Below are positions 13,833 to 26,719 of a stretch of DNA of 64,000 nt, in pieces. The notes below the pieces were generated by a model. It searched no databases and was not told the DNA's origin. It saw only the letters and a program-made list of their open reading frames with translations. Position 1 is the first letter of the stretch; every line of letters begins with the position of its first letter. The DNA is from Blastocystis sp. Blastoise (lineage: Eukaryota; Protista; Bigyra: Opalinata): the NCBI GenBank assembly GCA_039096225.1, contig JBBPEB010000015.1:1426001-1490000 (forward strand), read 5' to 3'. The position numbers and the translations under genes were made by a program.

Positions 13833-14615
13833 ATGGGATTACAATCAATAATATTTATCATTTCATTAAGTTTGTTAATGAGAATAGTATCTGGATTTGG
13901 CCATAATTATGCTGTTCTTGTAGCTCCGTCAATGTTCTTTAAGAATTATCGTCATACAGCAAATATCTTGGAAATCTATCGATTTCTTAAACAACATGAT
14001 TTTCCAGACGAAAATGTATATGACCCTATATTACTAAAGTTTTACATGATAATTATTTGTTATAAAATCATTGATTAATAGATTATTTTGATGTTATCTG
14101 GTGAAATAGACGTAGATAATAGAAATCCAAATATGCCAAGTATTATAGGAGAAAATAATCCGAATGTTGATTTGTATATAAATATAAATAAATCTATCAA
14201 CTTATAAAAAGTTCTAAAACTAATAATTAATAAGGATTCTTCACATTATATGTTTTTATATAAAAAAATGTTTTCTATAATTCAAAGTAATAACTATAAT
14301 ATATTAATCTCAATATTTAGAATGAAAGATGTTCAAGTGGATTATTATGGTTCAGAAGTCACATTAGATACTTTTGAGAATGTCTTATTAAGTATTATTT
14401 ATTTCTTAATCCTTTTTAAAAATACTATAAAGATAAGATGAATTCTTCTATCTCTTTCTATCGTCAGCTTCATTCAGATGCTAATAGTAATATTCTTATA
14501 TATATTCTATTTATTAATTATTTTATATATATATTATGTACTAGATATATATGAATGGTCATGGAGGAGAAGGATTCTTTAAATTCAGAGTATGTCATCG
14601 TTTCATAATATACTG

Positions 14616-14672
<57 letters not shown>

Positions 14673-15202
14673 CTTCTATTATTTCACTTATTTCTTCTTC
14701 TTTATATCTATCATCTCTAGGAAACTGAAGATCTTACTACTAAACATCTCTCTATGATCTTAAACGAAATGTATATTCTTAAGAGGTATCTATATAGTAT
14801 TCTATTTTCTCTGGTTTTTCATAAATCTATTATAATACATATATTCATAGATATAAACATATCCTTCTTTTTCTGGATACATGCCAATCTTCATCACTTC
14901 AACAATATCCTTTCCCTCCAAATATCCTTTCTATTTCTTCTTCTACGTCTCCTGAATCCTCTTATAGTTATGGATATAACAGACAACTTGGAGTAACTCT
15001 CACGGATCAATTCACTTATTATTTACTTCAAGCTCTACAGAGCAAACAATATTCAACACTTACTATTCATCAACTTATCACTTATTATTTATCTCCAAAC
15101 ATACAAAGCACACCAAATGTAGTCAGTACTATTCAAAAACCATATACAATGATTAAATTATCTTCTTTTTTCTCATTTAAACTTAAAATTAAGTTTGTAT
15201 AA
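13833..15202 (+). CDS. GPI8: GPI-anchor transamidase catalytic subunit (peptidase C13), lacking a C-terminal TM
   Basis: Signal peptide; NYAVLV...NYRHTAN, DYYGSEVT, SNILIYMNGHGGEGFFKF (catalytic His), FLDTCQ (catalytic Cys), GVTLTDQFTY. Confidence 0.92.
14498..14544 (+). other. Non-canonical AT-AG intron (47 nt) in GPI8
   Basis: Needed to join NSNIL to IYMNGHGG. Sequence is CTT|ATATATATTC...GTACTAG|ATA TAT ATG. No GT donor restores the frame. Confidence 0.75.
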
Positions 15203-15873
15203 CTATCTTATTCCTTTTGCTCTTAATGTTTATTCTTTTTTTAATTTTTTTTGTTTGTATTGTAGTGAAATCATTTAATGTTAAATACTATGTTTATAAA
15301 TAATAAATGATATTCCATAATTGAAATCATAAGCTTACAAGTATGTTGATGAATCTATTAATTATAATAAATTTTTTTTATAAAGTTGTGATCATCATTA
15401 TTGCTAAATAATTAGATAAATATATGTTGAAACAATGATATTGAAATCGAGGCAGACTTAAAAGATGTACAAAAACGTGTACAAGAAAATAAGAACAAGA
15501 ATATTAAGATAACAGTGAAAGAAATAAAAGAAATGATAACTACGACAAACAATAGAATTAAAAACAACAAAAAAAGAGAGTAAATAATAAGAATTAAAAG
15601 AAGAAGAAGAAGAAAAAAAAAACTATTCAAAAATGAAAAATGAACATGAAGAATATTCATTTAGAAATTAAATAAATATTAAAAAAATGACATGATGAGA
15701 ATCACATTGTTTGGAATACCTACAAGTATACTGAATATATTATAATAAAGTATAAAGCTAGATTATCCAAGAATAAAGTAGTGATAAAATAAAAGAATAA
15801 GAATAAATAAAAAGAGATTTACAAGTTTATATATGAATAACATTACATATTAAAAGAATAGAAATATTAAATA

Positions 15874-18683
15874 TTATTGTTGATCTTTTGATCCCTTCTT
15901 TAGGATCCAATTTATAGCAGTTTCAACTGTACCATATATGTATCCCAAGGGTGATACAGGAAGATCGAAAGGAGCATACTCATCGATATATCGCAACTGA
16001 GGAATAATATAACGTACATCTGGACCACTATAAAATAATATATAATGATATTTATATAATTATAAAATATTATAGAAATATAATAATATAAATAAATAAA
16101 TAATAAATAAAACAACTATAATAATATAAACAAACAATAAATAAAACAACTATAATAATATAAAAAAATAAATAAAACAACTATAATAATATAAATAAAC
16201 AATAAATAAAATAATTATAATAATATAAATAAAATATAATTATATATATATAAATATACGCTCGAACTAGAACTAAAGACATAAGAGCAATAAGGTCATC
16301 TGTAGCAAGAGGTTTATCTGTATATAATATTATAATAAAGAAGAGAATAATACATTATATTCAATAATAACAAAACTAATCTATACCTATGATGAATATA
16401 TACTTGTATTTGGATAATTCTTTTGAATATGTTTCGTAACACATTCCTGAATGAGATCAGCACATTTACTCCAATGTTGAAGAATATCTAAAGGATATAA
16501 ACAACGAGAGGGTTCTAGACTTTGTATGTTGATGATAGGTTGTTGTTTAGGGATCAATGGTGTTGGTGACGGAGTAGGTGTCACTGGAGGATAGAGAAGA
16601 GGTGTTCGAAAGTCTGTAACAGAGAGTTGTTTGTGTTGAAGGAAGTTTTGCAGATGTTCTGAGATAGGTAGAGGTGATTGTAGTCCTGATGAAAGACTAA
16701 GAGAGGGAGGTGAAGAGACAGGAGGAGGTAGAGAATTAAGAGGAGGAGAGGAAGAAATAGGTGGAGATGAAGAAATAGAAGAGGAAGCAAGTATAGTTGG
16801 AGATGTAGTTGTAGATTCTGTAGTAGAAGAATGAAGAACAAGAAGAGGTTCTGGAATTGATGGAGGAAGAGAAGAGGCAGAAGCAGAAGCAGAAGTGGAA
16901 GAAACAAAAGAGTCAGTTATTTTATTACTAAATTGTCCTTTTAATCGATTTATGAGACTATTTTGAGGTGATTTATTGGGATTTAAAAATGGATCTATAG
17001 AAATATCATGGAGTTGATTGGATAATGTTGTTTGAGGGATAGGAATACTATTGATAGAAATATTATGAGAGTTTGATTGTCCTTTTTCATAGGAATGATG
17101 AAGGCTTTGAGTTGTAATAGGAGTTCGTTTGGATTTAGAATCTCGTTTAGTGAGAGATGAAGAATTATTATGATTGTTCTTCATTTCTTCTTCTTCTTGT
17201 TTATTACTATCTTTTCTTTCTATAGTTGTTTCTTTGGAGTTTATTCCTTCTTTTTTGAGATTATTTAATCGAATAGTTTCAGAAAGGTCTTTATCTGATT
17301 GTTGAAGTATACTTGCGAGAGATACGAGTTGAGGATGAGATGCGCTTAAGCTAAGAGGAGGAGCAGAAGAAATATCTGATTTAATAGAGGATGTAGAAGA
17401 GAGAGGCAAGGATGAGATAGATGAAGGTGGTAGTAGATCTATCGTATAAGGAGGATTAACATAATAAGTCCTGAGATATAGAATAGCTGGAGTAAGATCA
17501 CATTGATAGTATTTATTAATATGAAAATCATGATAAGAAAAATCTTGTATAGCTTCAACAGCCTGAAGGAAATCTTCCATCTTTTGACGATATGTAGAAA
17601 TATAGGGTGGAATAATATAGGAATGTAATCTTGAAAGGAAAAGGGTATGAACCATCTAAATATAGAATAAGAGTATTTATCATAATACTAGTAATATATA
17701 CATAAGTTAAATAATTAATTTCTACTGATGAATAAAATTTTTTGTTTGATTTAATTAACTACATAGAAAAATAGAGATAGATAGATAGAGAAAAAAAAGG
17801 AATGATCAATTTGAGAGAATAAAGACATAATATACTTTAGCAATTCGTTTACTGAGTCGACTCAGTTGAGAATGAAGAGAAGGATATATACTATATATAT
17901 ATATAAATATAAATATATATAAATATAAATATAAATAATAAAATAATAAAATAATAAAATAATAAAATAATAAAATAAAAATAATAAAAAAAAAATAATA
18001 CCGATGTTCTTGATGAGTTTTGAATTGGTTTTCAATAAGTTTACATAGATCTAATACTGTTTGAATGTGATAATATGAAGGATAAAGTTGTTCACATGTA
18101 ACAAGTAATCTAAATAAAAAAAAACATAATAATAAATGATGTATAGAAAATACTGTTCTAAAGAGTATAAAGAAATTTTCTCATCAGTATCTGGAGTCAC
18201 AATTCCACGATCCTATATGTATAAAATAAGTAACAATGAGAAAATGAATTATATAGAAACTCATACAAGACAATGAGAAACCACAACAAACGAAATTGTA
18301 GTACTTTTAGGATAGTTTTCGATTTTTTGTAAAATTTTCTTATCCGTTATTCTTAGTACAGATTCAAATTCATCTAGAGTTTTTGTAAAATATAAAAGCA
18401 TTTTGATAAAACGTTTTTCTTTCCATCCACTTGTTGTGACGATCTCATCACCATTTACAGATAATTCCTTGCTATTCAGAGTCTTATAGTGTGTTTCATC
18501 TATCTTATTAACGATATGATTTGTAATATCGATCTTCTTCAGTTTCAATGGAATAGAATTATTAGGGGGAATCAATAATTTATATCCTTCACACAAAGAA
18601 ATAATCCATTCTTCTCTTAAATACTTGCTAATATAGCGAACCAAATCAGAATTGTTTAAGATCGATGAGCTAGAGCATGCCAT
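15874..18683 (-). CDS. VPS9-domain Rab GEF with VARP/ANKRD27-like N-terminus, no ankyrin repeats seen, large S/P-rich insert
   Basis: N-terminal ...HYKTLNSKELSVNGDEIVTTSG resembles VARP. C-terminal PLATDDLIALMSLVLVRA...LRYIDEY...LGYIYGTVETAINWI matches VPS9 motifs. Confidence 0.8.
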
Positions 18684-19287
18684 ATTTTTCTTATATAGAA
18701 AAAGCACTTGATTCCTAGTATCTTTGGATAAAGGAAGAATAATATATAGTGTTTCGTTTTTAAAGATTTTCTTATTAAGAATTTCCCAGAAATATACATA
18801 AAACGTGAGAAATCTTATTTATTGTGAACCTGACAGAGATTCATAAGAGCTGAATATTTCCTTTGAAATATATATTATAGTATCATGTAAAATATTTTCT
18901 ATAATTAAGTTAATATCTTATTGATCATTTTGTCGAAACCGAAATTTCGTTATAACTGCTATTTTTTCTAAATATATAAAGTATAAAACACCTGAATGTC
19001 ATATTAAAAAGATTATTGAAGAACTATTTGAGGATGACAACAATTGATGGAGTGAGAAAACACGCTTTTTAAAATATTTACTTCTCATTGTGAGAATATA
19101 AATTTATTTAAGTGGTTTTGAATTCATAAATGTAATTTGTAATTATTTTTTAAGTAAAAAAAGAATTATTATATAAAAGTTTCATTCAATAATTAATGTA
19201 TAGAATCATATAAGAATAGTAGCTACTAATTCAACAATAGAAATAAAGTGATATTTCAAATAATAGTATATTTATCAATTTGAATTC

Positions 19288-21737
19288 TTAGATTCCTTTT
19301 GAATCGACAATATTCTAAAGAATAGTGAATGTGAGAATAAATAAATAAAAAAGGAAAGATATACATAGTCACATCGTTGAGTGAGGTTTTCTACTCTGAA
19401 TTTATCACTATATATATATGTGTCTTTCAGACGTACACCAATATTATGGAATTGTTTGGGTATAGAATCATCAGGTGGGAACTAGAAGAATATATATATA
19501 TATATTATATATATATAATATATATATATGTTAAAGTGAATGTATATACATATAATTATAATAATATATAATAATTATAATAATATATAATCATATATAA
19601 ATATGTTAAAATGAATAAATATACATATAATGCAGGTTCTAAAGTGAAGCACACTCCAGGTTGTAGTATTTGTGTTCTTGAAACATGAGGTGTGTCACAA
19701 ACGTCAAGTCCAACGTATTTCCCAATGTAATAGGTTAAAAAACATATAATGATTTTAAAGAATAAAGAAAGCATGAGAATAATATAAAATAATAATATAA
19801 TAATAATAATAATAAGGATATAAAATGAGGAAAGAATGGTTTATATAATTGTTGTTGAATGGCTTGTTGTAGAGATGTTGATTTGATGATTTTCATATGA
19901 ATTAATAATTTAGTGATGAGTTCAATATATTGGTCCTGAAGGGATGCCAGAGAACTAGGAAGAAAATATAATAATAATAAGAATAATAATAATAATAATA
20001 AGAAGAAGAATAATAACTTGAACTAATTGAATTAAAAATGAATATATATATATATAACAAATGAATAATACCATTCTTCAAGTTGTATCGTTGATAATAA
20101 TTGTTTGTAACTTTCTTGGAGTGCATCATAAATGACTTTTTCTTCGTCATTCACATTAACAAATCGTTTCATTCTACAGAGAATTGTCGAGTAACTATTG
20201 AGTTCACAACCAAAATCTAGTAATAATGTGTCATTCTTTTGAATATGATGTTTTCCATTCTGATAAGTGTATGAACAACGATTATTTCCACCTATATATA
20301 TATATGATAATAGCCATAATATTATAGAATAATAAGAAAGAGAGAGACAGAGAAAGAGAGAGAAAAGAGAGAGAAAAGAGAGAGGAAGAGAAAAAGAAAG
20401 AGAGAAATATATACTAGCAATAAAGGGAGGATAAGCCATTCGAGTACCTCCTCGAGCTTTCACGCCAAACTCATAGATAGAGTTCAACATATATTCAGGA
20501 TTCCCTATTTCTATATATGTATATACTCATATTAATAATCATTATTATTTAAATAAAAGAAACAAAAATATATATTATTAAATCAAATAAATAAATAAAT
20601 AAATAAATACGAATTCTCTCCATAACATCAAGGAATGCTGCCACATTTACCATCCCTCCATGACGCAAATGTTTCTGTTCCGCGGGGGTTTTACGCCAAC
20701 GGAGGGATTCAATGGAGGGAATTAGAGATCTAGATAAATCATATATTAAAAAATTGAATTATTATTAATGTATAGAGTATATTTATATATAATTAATGTA
20801 GTATCAATAATACTAAGAATAATTATTATCATTATATATAATATATACTCAACTTTAAATGAATTTGAGCATGATTTGAGAATTGTTTGTATTTGATCGT
20901 CAAGCTGAGAGTCATCCGAAATAGATGTATATATATTCTCACTCTTTGATATGTATTCTGACATTTTCTAAATAGCGTATTATAATATAATATAATATAT
21001 TAAATAATAATATAATATAATATAATAAATAATAATAAATAATAATACAACATTAATAATAATAATAATAACATCACTATATACAGTGGGCATTTCTTTT
21101 AAGTCATAAACTTCAGAGATTTGGAAATTGGATTTAATATCATCAGATGTGAAAGATTGATTAGAAATGTTATCTGGAGAGCTTTAGAATAGAATATAAT
21201 AAAATAATAAAATAATAATAATAATAAAAAAATACTTTTGATTCTTAGACATAAAAAGAATAGAATCAACTTCAGAGAGTTTTTTTTCAGAGGATCTTGA
21301 TAATAGAAGAACCATATTAGGTTCTAAAATACCACAAAGATAATTAAAATTTGCATTTTGACGATACTCATAAGGAATATTCCAGCTCATATACTTGATT
21401 GAAGACGAAGTTACAATAATCGAACTTTTAGGAGGTAAATTAGACAATAAAAGTCTTTGACGATCTTTATATCTATGTTTCAATTGTTATGCATATGAAT
21501 AAGATAAATAAAAATACTCTTCAAGAGGTAAATCAGGAAAGAAACCTTCTCCATCAATCGAATTTTCCGTAGATATGAACTAAGAATCATGATGAAACGA
21601 TAAAATGAAACATAAACATACTCTAGGATATAATTGTGAAAGAAATTGTTTTTTCGGAAGTACTCTCCCTAATAATCCTATATATAAAGACTCAAATATA
21701 TGTTTGAAAAGATAATACTATTAAAAGACGATATCAT
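19288..21737 (-). CDS. Icp55/XPNPEP3-like M24B aminopeptidase P homologue with predicted mitochondrial presequence; metal ligands degenerate
   Basis: MISSFNRLLGRVLPKK presequence; YEYRQNANFNYLCGILEP, LRWRKTPAE, RMAYPPFIASG, LLDFGCE, PHFIGKYVGLDVCD, FTLEPALY, IGVRLKD. Confidence 0.85.
19727..19821 (-). other. U12-type AT-AC intron (95 nt)
   Basis: 5' ATATCCTT, branch TTTTTAAC, 3' AC. Splicing joins FFPHF|IGKYVGLDV, the conserved M24 motif. Confidence 0.92.
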
Positions 21738-22097
21738 CTTTGAGAAATTAGTCTTTAATAGAAAAAAAAGCAGTATTGGTTTTTTTGTTATTTGTAGATA
21801 AAAATAGAATGTTTCCGTGATTATTCTTTAAAAATTAAAAATTATAAAAATATATATGTAACTCCCGTTAAAGCATAAAAATATAAGAATAAACATATCA
21901 TAGATATGGGTATAAAGTGGGTTTATTATATGACTGTTAAAAAAAGTAATAAAGTAAACTATCAAAGGTATGTGTGAATGATGGTCAAGAAGTGATTTTT
22001 AGAAACAAAATGAAAAGTATAATAATAATAATTATATTACAAGTTATAATAAATGAATGTATAAGTATGAATTCTTATTTATGACTGATAAAATGAC

Positions 22098-24068
22098 TTA
22101 TTCTTTTAGATTTATAATACATGCATCAATAATTTCATCTTCTTTCTTTTGTGTTTTAAAATCATTAATTCCTTGAATAAAAGTGTTTTTGAAATTAAGT
22201 ACAATTTTAAAATCAGGTTTTGGAAGAAAATCATCTTTTTTTATGATCTATAGAAATAGTAAGAGTATTCAATTGATACTATATATAATATACTTCATAA
22301 GTAGATTGAATTCGTGTATCAATTTGTAATCCAATAAAGAATAAGTTTTCATCTATAGATGATAATTAATGTAGTAGAATGTATATTCGATAGAATTAGA
22401 GTTTTAATATGCATAAATGAATATACCTTGTGTTTGTTTACATATGACTAAAGAGGAGTTGATTTGAATTGGAAGAGTAGCATCTGAGACAGGACGATAG
22501 ATATACGATGATGGGAGAGGAAAGAGATACTCTTAAGAGATCGAAAAATAGTAAAAAGAGTTATAAAATAATATAGAGAAATAGATAGATAGAAAGAATT
22601 ATAAAATAATATTGAGAAATAGATAGATAGAATGAGTTATAAAATAATATAGAGAAATAGATAGATAGAAAGAGTTATAAAATAATATATAGAAATAGAA
22701 AGTAATAAAAATAGATATAAAAATGAATTTATGTATAATCTATATACCCATAGCTTTATAGAGAATATCTCCACTATAAGTTCGACTACTCACTTTCATT
22801 AGATGGTCCATAAGAAGAGACATATCAATGACAGACAGCTCGTCATTATTTGATGAGTTCTTCTCATTAGAGATTGTATCTTTTCCTATTTGAATATTAT
22901 ATTCTTCAGGTTTATATATTACTCCTAATTGAGTATATAAAGAAGTCATGATTCGCTTAGTAATCACTTGATATCTATAGAAATAATAATGTATCAATAA
23001 AGTAAGGAGAATAATAATAATTAATAGAATAATAAATAAAATTAATATAATTATAAATAGAATAATAAATAAAAAAAAATATAATTATAAATAGAATAAT
23101 AAATAAAATATATATAAAAAATAGAATACATAGAATAAAAAAATAATAATATATATAATACTAAAATAGCATATATACCCTGCTGTTCCTGATAATAGTT
23201 TGTCATTTACTGTCAGGGAGTCTCTTAATAAATCACGAAATATTTGTTTTTCAGTAGGATACTCAATAGATGAATAATGGGGAAGATAAGAAGAAGAAAA
23301 TGATATTAATCCATCTTTATATATATATATATAGTATTATAATTATAAAATAGATTATTTACCATAAATATATACAACTAAAACATGTATCCATATACAA
23401 TAAATAAATATAAATATATATATATACTTTGAGATAGTTCATTTAAGCATTGAATAAAAACTTCATCACTTTGAGATTGTTTTAGTGATTTGATAGAATT
23501 GTTAATTAATTCTTGATTTGTATACGAATTATTCTAATTATATATATATATAACTCGATAATCATTATTATCAATGTTAATATATATACAGTAGATGTAA
23601 TAAAACTATTATTAATATCTTTATATAATGACTTTAATAAAATAGAATCTTCATGGATCTTTTCTTCCGAAATGTCAATTGATGTGACTGTACTGAGAGT
23701 AAATAAGTAATTATAGAGTGAAACCTAATTAAAAAAATAAAATTGTAATAAAAACGAAGGATTACTTTCTGATATAATTCTAGAACTTTAGAATTATATT
23801 TGTTTGTAATAAGATTTTTCATTTGATCAAGATATTTCGTAACCATCTAAAACAATGATAGTATAATTTCATTAGAAACAAAACTAAAAATACATTTCTT
23901 GTATCCTCAGATATATCTAATAAAGGGAAACTCGAATCTGGTTTAAGAATTGAATAATCATCGACAGTCTAAGAAAATAAAGAGTAGAAGAAAGACTTGA
24001 ATATATACATCAATATTTTCCAACTCACTCTTTATAGATGCAACAGAAATTTCAGGCCAAGAATTCAT
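22098..24068 (-). CDS. Hypothetical protein (~10 exons)
   Basis: In-frame GT-AG splicing from MNSWPEISV to ...ACIINLKE*; no family recognised. Confidence 0.75.
22555..22700. repeat. Intronic ~38-39-bp tandem repeat (ttataaaataatatagagaaatagatagatagaaagag, ~4 copies)
   Basis: Unit directly visible. Confidence 0.85.
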
Positions 24069-24367
24069 TTTAATGAATAAAAAGAAATATTATTTAAAAA
24101 AAACAAACACAAAAATATTTTTTTAAAATAATTATTTTTGTTATCTTAGGTCAGTTGTAAAATAAAAAAATGTAAAAAAATAGGTGTTGTGTATAACAAT
24201 GTCTTGTATTGAATAAAATAATAAAGATTTGGAAGAATGCTAATTTCTTTACATATTTATTTTTATATTTATAAAAACATCAATAATTATTAAATAAATA
24301 TCAACAATAATAAATACAACAATATAAATGATTTATATAAATAAAAAGAATATAATCCCATATTTTT

Positions 24368-25770
24368 TTAATCCATTCTGACATTCATATATGTAGGTAA
24401 ACGCATAGGAGCATCATTGATAACACTATAAAGATAATTAAAATATATTAAATATCAGATAAACATTAATAAATATAAAATAAATATAAAATAATAATAA
24501 TATACGAGTTAATGTAGTGATAAACATAGTTAGCCATAAGGATCATTTGAGTGATTTGAGCACAGACGACAGTTTGTCCTGCTAAATGACTAGAGAACCA
24601 GTTGGCGCCACGATTTAATTCTTTCCAAGAAGAAGACCAGAAGAGGAAATTAAGGAAACGAGAAGCAGCTTGAGCAAAAACGAAATGAGAAGTAAAAGGT
24701 TCAACTTCACCTGACTATAGAATATATATATATGTTATTATTTATAAATGAGAAATAAAAAGAAAGAAATAAAAAAACATATAAAATAAAAATATTAAAT
24801 AAGACACAATAAATACTCTATTCTTAGTGAACATAGTAAGTTGAGGAATAATAGCAACAGATTCTAATAATTGAGAAACAGACCAACAACTATCTAAGAA
24901 GTAGCTATGAGCTAAAGCAGGGTGGAATAAGAATCCAAGAATAAGACAAGGAACAATGAGAAGAAGAGCACCAAGTTTTTGAGATACATAATTATTACCG
25001 AAAGTATCTTGATGAGCATTATGAGTATATCTGAATTGAACCATAATACAGTAGATAACAACAAGAATAACTAAAAGAGTTAAACATTCAATTGTTTGAT
25101 ATAACCAATCACCAGAACGATCAAAAGGTAAATAACCTTCACTTCTAGTAATAGCAATAGTTCTAGTTAAAAAGACAACGGCATAACATTGAAGAGATTT
25201 TAATGAAAGACCTATAAATATAAAAATTAAAATTCATTCATTATCTACATATTTTTATATATATTTATGATTAAAGTGACGAATAAAAATAAAATAAAAT
25301 AAAAACAAAATAAAATAAAACAAAATAAAAACAAAATAAAATAAAAATAAAATAAAATAAAAATAAAATAAAAATAAAATAAAATAAAAAACAAAATAAA
25401 ATAAAATAAAAATAAAATAAAATAAAATAAAATAAAAATCAAATAAAATAAAAGCAAAATAAAATCTAATTAAGAGTCACATGAAAGTATATACCCATAA
25501 CAGATTGAGAAGTAATAACTTTGATTAAAATTAAAATGAAACCAAAACAACAAACCATAGAACCAAGAGTTAATAAGAAAGAGAAATCACCATCAGAGAA
25601 GAAATGGAAGGCAAACATGATAAAAACAATGAAACTCGTCCATAATAATACATTAGCTCTATTTTTCTTGACAAAACGCTTTAAGTTTCTAATAAAATAA
25701 AATAAAATAAACTTGAACAAAATGAAAATATATATAATCTTCCAGCATAATCACTAACTGAAGAAATCAT
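24368..25770 (-). CDS. ERD2-like (KDEL receptor family) protein with extra N-terminal TM; 5'UTR intron at ~25785-25831
   Basis: GLSLKSLQCY...TR, EGYLPFDRSGDWLYQ, LESVAIIPQL, VEPFTSHFVFAQAASR. Confidence 0.88.
25689..25735 (-). other. Candidate non-canonical AT-AG intron (47 nt) in the ERD2-like gene
   Basis: GGA AGA TT|ATATATATTTTC...TTATTAG|A AAC TTA AAG restores the frame. An alternative GTTAGT donor with the downstream AAG acceptor is also in frame. Confidence 0.5.
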
Positions 25771-25919
25771 TTTATTCTTTTGACTAGAGATAATGGAATA
25801 AAATATAATTGAAAAATAAGATAACAATACCTTAAAAAACAACAAAAAACGGAAAGAAATGTAACTTTTGTTATTTTCAAAGGGAAAATGTCATAGAGGA
25901 AATAGTTGAACAATCTCTT

Positions 25920-26000
25920 GACGTAGTCAGTCGACCAATAGAAATGTCAAAACAGAAGTTTGTGCTTTTCCCATGAGACACCGACTTTTTCTGGGAATTC
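25920..26000. promoter_or_regulatory. Candidate bidirectional promoter between the ERD2-like gene and DLC (CCAAT plus divergent TGGGAA motifs)
   Basis: Locally GC-richer ~360-nt head-to-head intergenic region with GACCAATAG, TTCCCA at 25968-25973 and TGGGAA at 25992-25997. Confidence 0.4.
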
Positions 26001-26130
26001 CACTTTTCTTGCAGTAAATTATGATTCCGTTCTTTTTGAAACATTTGATGAAAAGTCGTGTTTATTTTAGGTTTTTTGTTTGTTTTAAAAATAAGATCAT
26101 TTCTATATTAACATAAATAATATACAAATA

Positions 26131-26409
26131 ATGAGTCGTAAAGGTGAACAGGTGATAGAGAGTATTGATATGTCTGAAGAGTTAAGAGATGAAATCGTTG
26201 ATCTTGCTCGTAAAGCTCTTGAAAATAAGGAATTCCATGAAAATAAAGATTATGCTAAGTTTTTGAAAGAAGAATTAGAAAAAACTCATACTGGTTCTTG
26301 GCATGTTATTGTAGGTAAAAGCTTTGGTTCTTCTGTAACACACGATAGAGGCTATTTTATATATTTTTATATTGATGATTTAGCATTCCTCGTTTTCCGT
26401 ATTAATTAA
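26131..26409 (+). CDS. DYNLL: Dynein light chain LC8-type
   Basis: IDMSEEL...KDYAKFLKEELEK..GSWHVIVGKSFGSSVTH..GYFIYFY; intronless. Confidence 0.95.
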   Translation: MSRKGEQVIESIDMSEELRDEIVDLARKALENKEFHENKDYAKFLKEELEKTHTGSWHVIVGKSFGSSVTHDRGYFIYFYIDDLAFLVFRIN

Positions 26410-26608
26410 TTGTTTCATATAAATTAGTAAAATAACACTGTTTCTATTTTTGTTTTGTTTTTCTTAATTAATAAATAACAAAAGAAAGTTAAATAGCGTA
26501 GCAATCACTTTTTTTTATTATAAAAAAGATACATCATTAATATAAAAAACAATGAAAGTATTCAATAAGTAACACAAAGAAAACAAGTGGTCTAAATGAT
26601 GATAATTG

Positions 26609-26719
26609 ATTTCTTTTATAAATCAGCAAGATGAATTATTTCTTTTATAAATCAGCAAGATAAATTATTTCTTTTATAAATCAACAAGATAAATGATTTC
26701 TTTTATAAATCAGCAAGAT
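26609..26719. repeat. 29-bp tandem repeat (~4 copies) overlapping the TXNDC17 stop codon and 3'UTR
   Basis: atttcttttataaatcagcaagat starts at 26609, 26638, 26667 and 26696. Confidence 0.92.

Noticed and set aside
14859-14931. Several ATATCCTT words in the last GPI8 exon
   Set aside because: They are in-frame coding sequence (HILL, QYPF, NILS) around the conserved DTCQ region.
17851-17866. Perfect 16-bp palindrome ACTGAGTCGACTCAGT
   Set aside because: It lies within a coding exon, and about one such palindrome is expected by chance in 64 kb.
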